The notes under the pieces: model-generated
What the model saw: the letters and a program-made list of their open reading frames with translations, nothing else
Database searches by the model: none
What the model was told of the DNA's origin: nothing
Made by a program: the position numbers and the translations under genes
In this document: piece after piece, positions 1 through 9,997 of the stretch
How the letters are laid out: every line of letters begins with the position of its first letter
Position numbering within the stretch: position 1 is the stretch's first letter
Source of the DNA: Anaeramoeba ignava BMAN
Lineage: Eukaryota; Protista; Anaeramoebae
Length of the DNA: 59,795 bases
Reading direction: 5' to 3'
NCBI GenBank assembly: GCA_028826165.1
Contig: JAPDFW010000036.1
Coordinates: forward strand, 1-59,795

Positions 1-2351
1 GAATATGCTTTTAATTCTTGATAAAATAATTACAAATTCAAATAAATCCATTAATTAACCAATTACAATTTAATGAAGTAATATTTCCTAATTTAGCTCT
101 TTGTTGAAATAATTGAACTTGGTTCTCCTCTAAATATGATATTTTCACAATTTAAATCAATACATCCTCGAATTGAAATATTATATTCAATATTTCCTGA
201 TATTTCACTTATTATTCCAATAACCATTTCCATTTAAATTAAGAGATGTGAATTTTTGCCAATTTGTTCCATTATCAAGTGAAATTGAATAATTATTTTG
301 CATTTGTTAATTTTTGTAAAATTAAATTCAATTTCTTCCAATTTTGAAATTGTTTCATAAATTGTTGGAGATGTTAAATTATCAGTTTTAATTGAAATTG
401 AAGAAATATATCCACATTTTCCATTTGAATTACATGCTGATATATTGATTTGATATTTTGATTTTGAAATTGAGCTATAAATTGTTGATTTGATGAAGTT
501 GGTTGATAATTTCCTGAATCATTTTGATAAATTGATTGGATAAGTTAAATTATAATAAAATGGAATTGAACAATTAATTGGTTGATTCCAATTACAATTA
601 ATATCTATTAAATTTGAAATTGAACATGTTAAATTTGTAACTTCTCCAAATAATAATGAAATTGATGATTCAACAATTTCTCCTTTATCATCTCCTTCAC
701 ATTCACCATGTGTTCTACATCCACAAATTGAAATATTATAATAATTTTCACATTCAAAATTATTCAAAAGATAATCAAGTGAAGAATTATCAACTGAAAT
801 GAAAAGATATTAAATCAGGTTTGAGATTGGATTGAAATAAGAAAGATTATAATGATCAATATGAGCAAGCCCTTCATTGATTTGAACATTTGATAATTCC
901 CAAGTAACATTAATTGAATAATTTGAAGGATTTGATAATTGGAAAATTTTTTACAGAATCAATTTTTGATGTTAAATTAATGAAAGAAGAAGATTCACCA
1001 CATTTCATTGATGTTTCATTATCACAAGCTTTTGATTTGAATTGAATAATATTCATTTCCAGTAATACATATCATAAATTGAAGAATTGTTGATAACAAA
1101 TATTTTCATTTTCAAGAATTGGAGAATCAATATCAATCCAATCATATCCATACTAATTTGATATTTCAAAGTTGAAGGAAATTCAATTTTATCCCAATAA
1201 CAATCAAATGATGAAAACAAAGATGAACAATTAACAATATTAACTTGTGGAATTAAACTAACTTCATAAACAAATGCTTCATTTGCATCATAAGCTCCAA
1301 CAACAGTAACATTCCCATAAATTGAAACAGATTGTCCGAATATAGAAGATGATTCATTCAAAATTTTTCTTCATTCCAAAAATGTTCCATTATATCTGTA
1401 AATAAATGCTTGACTTTCAATAAGAGCACCAATAACAATAACATTCTCATAAATTGAAACAGAATATCCAAAATACGTAATAGGTTGACTCAAAATTTGT
1501 TCTTGATTCCAAATTGATCCATTATATCTGTAAATAAATGCTTGAGTTGCATCATCTCCAATAGCAATAACATCTTGGTAAATTGAAACAGAAGATCCAA
1601 AACCTGAAGGTTCACTCAAATTTTGTTCTTCATTCCAAAATGCTCCATTATATCTGTAAATAAATACTTGATTTGCACCATAAGTTCCAATAACAGTAAC
1701 ATTCTCATAAATTGAAACACTTATTCCAAAATATGAAGCTGATTCATTCAAAATTTGTTCTTGATTCCAAAATGTTCCATTATATCTGTAAATAAATGCT
1801 TTATTTGCACCATTAGTTCCAATAACAGTAACATTCTCATAAATTGAAACAGATTCTCCAAAATTTGTAACTGATTCACTCAAAGTTTGTTCTTGATTCC
1901 AAATTGATCCATTATATCTGTAAATATATGCTTGATTTGCACCAGGAGCTCCAATAACAATAACATCTTCATAAACTGAAACACTTCTTCCAAAATTTGT
2001 AACTGATTCATTCAAAGTTTGTTCTTGATTAAAATTTGTTCCATTATATCTGTAAATAAATACTTGATTTGAAGCCCAAGTTCCAATAACAAGAACATCT
2101 TTATAAATTGAAACAGAATATCCAAAATATCCTGAACTTGAAAATTGATCTAATAAATTCCAAATCCAAGCTTCATTGAAAGAAGAATAATATCTTGTTG
2201 TTTCTGTTAATGTTTTTATTTCTGTTAATATTGGTGATACTGATATTAATGATGATTGAATTGATTTTTGATTTTGATTTTGATTTGATTGAATTAAGAA
2301 AATATTGATAATTAAGAAAAAGAAAAAGGAAAAGAAAAGATTTAATTTCAT
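1..2351 (-). CDS. Receptor-like protein, array copy D: signal peptide, 7 FG-GAP blades, FN3 domains; frameshifted and running off the window start
   Basis: ORFs 1371-2351, 1053-1361 and 519-767 are collinear pieces near-identical to the intact 6622-9381 paralog; breaks lie at or near homopolymers (sequencing error or pseudogene). Confidence 0.85.
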
Positions 2352-2995
2352 TTTGTTTTGTTTTGTTGTTTTTTGCTTTTTTTTTAAATAAATATAAATA
2401 AAAATAAATAAATATAAGTAAAATTAATAAATAAATTGTGTGTTTTTGTGTTTTTGTTTATGTTATTTTTATGTTGTTTTTCTTACTTTTTTTTGGTTTT
2501 TAAAAAGAAAAATAAAAATAAAAATAAAAATGATCTTTTTGTTTTTATTAATTTTTTAATTTAAATTTAAAAATTTTTTGGTTTGTTTCTTTTTAATCTT
2601 TTTTCTTTTTTTTTTTTTTTAATTTAATCCCCTTTTTTAATATAAAATAAATATAAAATAAAAATAATAAAATAATTTCTAAATTTTAAATTAATTTAAA
2701 AACTTATTTTATTTTATTTTTCATAAATAAATTCTTTTTAATTTTTAAAAATAAAAATTAAATATATTATTATTTTAAATTTTATCAAATATTTCTTGTT
2801 TTGAATTTAATTATTAATTTCTTCATTTTTCTTTTTTAAATTAATTTAATCAAAATCAAAATCAAAATCAAAAAATAATAAATTTGTTTTTTGTTTTTTT
2901 TTTTTTTGAAATTTTGGAAAATAGATTGTTTTGAATTTTTTGAAAAGAAAAAAGAAAAAAGAAAAAAGAATTGAAATTGGGAATTGGAATTGGAA

Positions 2996-5833
2996 TTAAA
3001 TATCTAAATCATCTTGAAGTTCTTTTTCTTCTTGTTTTTGATTTAGATTTTTGGTTTGTTTTTGTTTTTTTGTTTTTGTTTTTTTCTGATATAAAAGAAT
3101 TGCAATAATAACTATTAAAATAATAATAATAGGAATAAGCATTCCAATAGTTATTGCTGTTGTGTTGGAATTGTTTGAATCAGTTGATTGAGTTGGTTGA
3201 TAAGGAGATAATATTGTAATTGATGTTGTTGAATTAATTCCTGAATATTCATTATTTAAACAATTTAAATCAGCTGATGAATAAACTGAAATTTCATAAT
3301 ATTCTCCTCCTTCTAATCCTGAAGTAATTGAATAGTAGTTGATTAAATTTGTTAAACAAATTGATATTGAATTAAATTTAAATGAATATGATTTTAATCC
3401 ACTTGATAAAATTAATGGATCCCAACTACAAATAAATCCATTAATTAATGAATAACAATTTAATGAAGTAATATTTCCTAATTTAGCTCTTGTTGAAATA
3501 ATTGAACTTGGTTCTCCTAAATATGATATTTCACAATTTAAATCAGCACATCCTCGAATTGAAATATTATATTCAATATTTCCTGATATTTCACTTATTA
3601 TTCCAATAACTTCATTTCCATTTAAATCAAGAGATGTGAATTTTTGCCAATTTGTTCCATTATCAAGTGAAATTGAATAATTATTTGCATTTGTTAATTT
3701 TGTGAAATTAAATTCAATTTCTTCAATTTTGGAAATTGTTTCATAAATTGTTGGAGATGTTAAATTATCAGTTTTAATTGAAATTGAAGAAATATATCCA
3801 CATTTTCCATTTGAATTACATGCTGATATATTGATTTGATATTCTTGATTTGGAAATTGAACTGTAAATTGTTGATTTAATGAAGTTGGTTGATAATTTC
3901 CTGAATCATTTTGATAAATTGATTGATAAGTTAAATTATAATAAAATGGAATTGAACAATTAATTGGTTGATTCCAATTACAATTAATATCGATTGAATT
4001 TGAAATTGAACATGTTAAATTTGTAACTTCTCCAAATAATAATGAAATTGATGATTCAACAATTTCTCCTTTATCATCTCCTTCACATTCTTGTGTTCTA
4101 CATCCACAAATTGAAATATTATAATCATTTTCACATTCAAAATTATTCAAAAGATAATCAAGTGAAGAATTATCAACTGAAATGAAAGATATTAAATCAG
4201 GTTGAGATTGATTGAGATAAGAAAGATTATAATGATCAAGATGAGCAATTCCTTCATCGATTTGAACATTTGGATAATTCCATGTAACATTAATTGAATT
4301 ATTTGAAGGATTTGATAATTGGAAATCTTTTACAGAATCAATTTTTGATGTTAAATTAATGAAAGAAGAAGATTCACCACATTTCATTGTTGTTGGATTA
4401 CAAGCATGAATTTGAATTGAATAATATTCATTTCCAGTAATATTATCATAAATTGAAGAATTAAATTGTTGATAATAAATATTCTCATCTTCAAGAATTG
4501 GAGAATCAATATCAATCCAATCATATCCATAATTGATTTGATATTTCAAATTTGGAATTTGAATTTCATCCCAATAACAATCAAACGATGAAAACAAAGA
4601 TGAACAATTAATAATATTAACTTGAGGAATTAATTTAAATTTATAAACAAATGCTCGATTTGCACCATCAGTTCCAATAACAGTATAATTCTCATAAATT
4701 GAAACAGAATATCCAAAATATGAAGCTGATTCATTCAAATTTTGTTCTTGATTCCAAAATGTTCCATTATATCTGTAAATAAATGCTTCATTTATACTAT
4801 TAGTTCCAATAACAGTAACATTCTCATAAATTGAAACAGAATATCCAAACCATAAAGGTTCACTCAAAATTTGTTCTTCATTCTAAATTGATCCATTATA
4901 TCTGTAAATAAATGTTTGATTTGCACCAGGAGCTCCAATAACAGTAAAATTCCCATAAATTGAAACAGATCGTCCAAAACCTAAATATAAAGGTCCATTC
5001 AAATTTTGTTCTTTATTCCAAAATGTTCCATTATATCTGTAAATAAATGCTTGACTTTCAATAAGAGCACCAATAACAATAACATTCTCATAAACTGAAA
5101 CACTTATTCCAAAAATTTGAAGGTTGACTCAAAATTCATTCAAAAAATTTGTTCTTGATTCCAAAATGTTCCATTATATCTGTAAATAAATGCTTTATCT
5201 GCACCATAAGTTGTAAATAACACTTGATTTGCATTCTCATAAATTGAAAGAAAGATTCTCCAAAATTTGAAGCTGATTCATACAAATTTTGTTCTTGATT
5301 CCAAAAATGTTCCATTATATCTGTAAATAAATACTTGATTTGCACCATTAGCTCCAATAACAATAACATCTTCATAAACTGAAACAGAATATCCAAAAAT
5401 ATGAAGTTGATTCATTCAAAGTTTGTTCTTGATTCCAAAATTGTTCCATTATATCTGTAAATAAATGCTTGTTTTGCACCATGAGCTCCAACAACAATAA
5501 CATCTTCATAAACTGAAACACTTCATCCAAAATTTTAACTCGAGAACATTTTTATAAGTTCAAAAACAGAATATCCAAAATCTCCTAATGAACCTGAAAA
5601 TTGATCAAAAATCCTGAACCTGAAAATTGATCTAATAAATTCCAAATCCAAGCTTCATTGAAAGAAGAATAATATCTTGTTGTTTCTGTTAATGTTTTTA
5701 TTTCTGTTAATATTGGTGATATTGATATTAATGATGATTGAATTGATTTTTGATTTTTATTTTGATTTGATTGAATTAAGAAAATATTGATAATTAAGAA
5801 AAAGAAAAAGGAAAAGAAAAGATTTAATTTCAT
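2996..5833 (-). pseudogene. Receptor-like protein, array copy C: 7 full blades plus 1 partial FG-GAP blade, FN3s, TM; 5' half disrupted
   Basis: Same N-terminus (MKLNLFFSFFFF at 5833) and intact C-terminal 623-aa ORF with TM; several indels at 5100-5620 and TGG->TAG at 4883-4885. Could be an intact gene with assembly errors. Confidence 0.7.
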
Positions 5834-6219
5834 TTTTTTGTTTTGTTGTTTTTGCTTTTTAAATAAAAATAAATAAAAATAAATTAATATAAGTAAAATT
5901 AATAAATAAATTGTGTGTTTTTGTTTTTTGTGTTTATGTTTGTTTTTCTTACTTTTTTGTTTTTTTGAATTTTTTTGTTGTTTTTTTTTTTGCTTTTTTT
6001 TTTTAAATAAAAATAAAAATAAAAATAAAAATAAAAATAAAAAATAAATTGTGTGTTTTTGTGTTTTTGTGTTATTTTTATGTTTTTTTTTTTCTTACTT
6101 TTTTTTGGTTTTTTAAAAGGAAAAGAAAAAAGAAAAAATGATCTTTTGTTTTTTTTAATTTTAATTTTAAAAAAATTTTTTTTGTTTTAATTTTAATTTT
6201 AATTTTAAAAAAAATTTTT

Positions 6220-6408
6220 GGAATATTTATCTGTTTTATCTTTTTATTGGTTTCTTTTTCAATAATTTCTCTTTTAAATTGTTTTTCTTTTTCTTTTTAA
6301 TTTTGATTTAAATTAAATTTATTAATAAATCAAATAAAATTTTTGGATTTTTGTTTTGATTTAATTGAAAATAATTAATTTCTATTTGAATTTAATTAAT
6401 TATTTCTT
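6220..6408 (-). pseudogene. Decayed fragment of the 3' end of the RCC1-BTB gene
   Basis: Aligns by eye with 12148-12329 (e.g. atttatctgttttatcttttt, tttctttttcaataatttctcttttaaattgtttttctttttct, gatttaattgaaaataat). Confidence 0.85.
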
Positions 6409-6621
6409 CATTTTTCTTTTTTAAAATAATTTAATCAAAATCAAAATCAAAATCAAAAAATAATAAATTTGTTTTTTGTTTTTTGTTTTTTTTTGAAATT
6501 TTGGAAAATAGATTATTTTGAATTTTTTGAAAAGAAAAAAGAAAAGAAAAAAAAGAATTTGGAAAATTGGAATTGGGAATTGGAATTAGAATTAGAATTG
6601 GAATTAGAATTGGAATTAGAA

Positions 6622-9381
6622 TTAAAGATCTAAATTATCTTGAAGTTCTTTTTCTTCTTGTTTTTGATTTAGATTTTTGATTTGTTTTTGTTTTTTTGTT
6701 CTTGTTTTTTTCTGATATAAAAGAATTGCAATAACAACTATTAAAATAATAAGAATTGGAATAAATATTCCAATAGTTATTGCTGTTGTGTTGGAATTGT
6801 TTGAATCAGTTGATTGAGTTGGTTGATAAGGAGATAATATTGTAATTGATGTTGTTGAATTAATTCCTGAATATTCATTATTTAAACAATTTAATGTAGA
6901 TGATTGTTGAACTGAAATTTCATAATATTCTCCTTCTTGTAATCCTGAAATTGAATAGTAATTGATTAAATTTGTTAAACAAATTGATATTGAATTGTAA
7001 GTAAATGAATATGCTTTTAATCCACTTGATAAAATTAATGAATTCCAACTACAAACAAATCCATTAATTAATGAATAACAATTTAATGAAGTAATATTTC
7101 CTAATTTAGCTCTTGTTGAAATAATTGAACTTGGTTCTCCTAAATATGATATTTCACAATTTAAATCAATACATCCTCGAATTGAAATATTATATTCAAT
7201 ATTTCCTGATATTTCACTTATTATTCCAATAACTTCATTTCCACTTAAATCAAGAGATGTGAATTTTTGCCAATTTGTTCCATTATCAAGTGAAATTGAA
7301 TAATTATTTGCATTTGTTAATTTTGTGAAATTAAATTCAATTTCTTCAATTTTGGAAATTGTTTCATAAATTATTGGAGATGTTAAATTATCAGTTTTAA
7401 TTGAAATTGATGAAATATATCCACATTTTCCATTTGAATTACATGCTGATATATTGATTTGATATTCTTGATTTTGAAATTGAACTGTAAATTGTTGATT
7501 TGATGAAGTTGGTTGATAATTTCCTGAATCATTTTGATAAATTGATTGATAAGTTAAATTATAATAAAATGGAATTGAACACTTAATAATTGGTTGATTC
7601 CAATTACAATTAATATCTATTAAATTTGAAATTGAACATGTTAAATTTGTAACTTCTCCAAATAATAATGAAATTGATGATTCAACAATTTCTCCTTTAT
7701 CATCTCCTTCACATTCTTGTGTTCTACATCCACAAATTGAAATATTATAATCATTTTCACATTCAAAATTATTCAAAAAATAATCAAGTGAAGAATTATC
7801 AACTGAAATGAAAGATATTAAATCAGGTTGAGATTGATTGAGATAAGAAAGATTATAATGATTAAGATGAGCAATTCCTTCATTGATTTGAACATTTGGA
7901 TAATTCCATGTAACATTAATTGAATTATTTGAAGGATTTGATAATTGGAAATCTTTTACAGAATCAATTTTTGATGTTAAATTAATGAAAGAAGAAGATT
8001 CACCACATTTCATTGATGTTTCATTATCACAAGCTTTGATTTGAATTGAATAATATTCATTTCCAGTAATATTATCATAAATTGAAGAATTAAATTGTTG
8101 ATAATAAACATTTTCATTTTCAAGAATTGGAGAATCAATATCAATCCAATCATATCCATAATTAATTTGATATTTCAAAGTTGAAGGAAATTCAATTTCA
8201 TTCCAATAACAATCAAACGATGAAAACAAAGATGAACAATTAATAATATTAACTTGAGGAATTAAACTAACTTCATAAACAAATGCTTCATTTGCATCAT
8301 AAGCTCCAATAACAGTAACATTCCCATAAATTGAAACAGATTGTCCGAATTGTGAAGATGATTCACTCAAAATTTTTTCTTCATTCCAAAATGTTCCATT
8401 ATATCTGTAAATAAATGTTTGATTTATCCAATAAGCTCCAATAACAATAACATTTCCATAGACTGAAACAGAATATCCAAAACCTGAAGCTGAAGGTTCA
8501 TTCAAATTTTGTTCTTGATTCCAAAATGTTCCATTATATCTGTAAATATATGCTTGATTTGCACCATTAGTTCCAATAATAAGAACATCTTCATAAATTG
8601 AAACACTTCTTCCAAAACCTGAAACTGAAGGTTCATTCAAAATTTGTTCTTCATCCCAAATTGCTCCATTATATCTATAAATAAATGTTTGATTTGCATT
8701 AGGAGTTCCAATAACAGTAACATTCTCATAAATTGAAACACTCCATCCAAAACCTGAAACTGAAGGTTCATTCAAATTTTGTTCTTGATTCCAAATTGCT
8801 CCATTATATCTATAAATAAATGCTTGATTTGCATTAGGAGCTCCAATAACAGTAACATTCTCATAAATTGAAACAGAATATCCAAAAAATGAAGCTGATT
8901 CATTCAAAATTTGTTCTTGATTCCAAATTGATCCATTATATCTGTAAATAAATGCTTGTTTTGCAATAAGAGCTCCAATAACAATAACATCTTCATAAAT
9001 TGAAACAGAATATCCAAAAAATGAAGCTGATTCATTCAAAGTTTGTTCTTGATTCCAAAATGTTCCATTATATCTGTAAATAAATGCTTGTTTTGCACTA
9101 TAAGCTCCAATAACAAGAACATCTTTATAAATTGAAACACTCCATCCAAAATAATCTCCTGATGAACCTGAAAATTGATCTAATAAATTCCAAATCCAAG
9201 CTTCATTGAAAGAAGAATAATATCTTGTTGTTTCTGTTAATGTTTTTATTTCTTTTAATATTGGTGATATTGATATTAATGATGATTGAATTGATTTTTG
9301 ATTTTGATTTTGGTTTGATTGAATTAAGAAAATATTGATAATTAAGAAAAAGAAAAAGGAAAAGAAAAGATTTAATTTCAT
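6622..9381 (-). CDS. Receptor-like type-I membrane protein, array copy B (919 aa): signal peptide, 7 FG-GAP-like repeats, ~5 FN3-like domains, TM, basic tail
   Basis: Intronless ORF; hydrophobic N-terminus; seven ~44-aa repeats FGxSVSIYxxVxVIGA..AFIYRYNGxxW; FN3 signatures (W...Y...YxISIxAC); TM AITIGIFIPILIILIVVIAILLY; many NxS/T sequons. Confidence 0.9.
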   Translation of the reverse strand: MKLNLFFSFFFFLIINIFLIQSNQNQNQKSIQSSLISISPILKEIKTLTETTRYYSSFNEAWIWNLLDQFSGSSGDYFGWSVSIYKDVLVIGAYSAKQAFIYRYNGTFWNQEQTLNESASFFGYSVSIYEDVIVIGALIAKQAFIYRYNGSIWNQEQILNESASFFGYSVSIYENVTVIGAPNANQAFIYRYNGAIWNQEQNLNEPSVSGFGWSVSIYENVTVIGTPNANQTFIYRYNGAIWDEEQILNEPSVSGFGRSVSIYEDVLIIGTNGANQAYIYRYNGTFWNQEQNLNEPSASGFGYSVSVYGNVIVIGAYWINQTFIYRYNGTFWNEEKILSESSSQFGQSVSIYGNVTVIGAYDANEAFVYEVSLIPQVNIINCSSLFSSFDCYWNEIEFPSTLKYQINYGYDWIDIDSPILENENVYYQQFNSSIYDNITGNEYYSIQIKACDNETSMKCGESSSFINLTSKIDSVKDFQLSNPSNNSINVTWNYPNVQINEGIAHLNHYNLSYLNQSQPDLISFISVDNSSLDYFLNNFECENDYNISICGCRTQECEGDDKGEIVESSISLLFGEVTNLTCSISNLIDINCNWNQPIIKCSIPFYYNLTYQSIYQNDSGNYQPTSSNQQFTVQFQNQEYQINISACNSNGKCGYISSISIKTDNLTSPIIYETISKIEEIEFNFTKLTNANNYSISLDNGTNWQKFTSLDLSGNEVIGIISEISGNIEYNISIRGCIDLNCEISYLGEPSSIISTRAKLGNITSLNCYSLINGFVCSWNSLILSSGLKAYSFTYNSISICLTNLINYYSISGLQEGEYYEISVQQSSTLNCLNNEYSGINSTTSITILSPYQPTQSTDSNNSNTTAITIGIFIPILIILIVVIAILLYQKKTRTKKQKQIKNLNQKQEEKELQDNLDL

Positions 9382-9997
9382 TTTTTGTTTTGTTTTGTTG
9401 TTTTTTGCTTTTTTTTTTTAAATAAAAATAAAAATAAAAAATAAATTGTGTGTTTGTGTGTTTTTTATGTTATTTTTATGTTGTTTTTCTTACTTTTTGT
9501 TTTTAAAAGAAAAATAAAAATAAAAATAAAAATGATCTTTTTGTTTTTATTATTTAATTTTTAATTTAAATTTAAAAAAAATTTTTGTTTCTTTTTAATC
9601 TTTTTTCTTTTTAATTTTAAAAAATCCCCTTTTTAATATAAAATAAAATAAAAAATAAAAATAAAAATAATTTTTAAATTTTAAATGGTTTTAAAAATTT
9701 TATTTTATTTTATTTTTCATAAATAAATTCTTTTTAATTTTTAAAAATAAAATTAAATTTATTAATTATTTTAAATTTTATCAAATATTTCTTGTTTTGA
9801 ATTTAATTATTAATTTCTTCATTTTTCTTTTTTAAATTAATTTAATCAAAATCAAAATCAAAATCAAAAAATAATAAATTTGTTTTTTGTTTTTTGTTTT
9901 TTTGAAATTTTGGAAAATAGATTGTTTTGAATTTTTTGAAAAGAAAAAAGAAAAAAGAAAAAGAATTTGGAATTGGAATTGGGAATTGAAATTGGAA

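Noticed and set aside
1371-9160. CRISPR-like or DGR-like repeat system in the ~132-bp repeats
   Set aside because: The repeats are in-frame coding blades with no repeat-spacer structure, variation is not adenine-specific, and there is no Cas or reverse transcriptase in the window.
2968-9997. Telomere-like (GGAATT)n runs
   Set aside because: Short degenerate runs at the same position just after each receptor stop codon; part of the duplicated 3' UTR.
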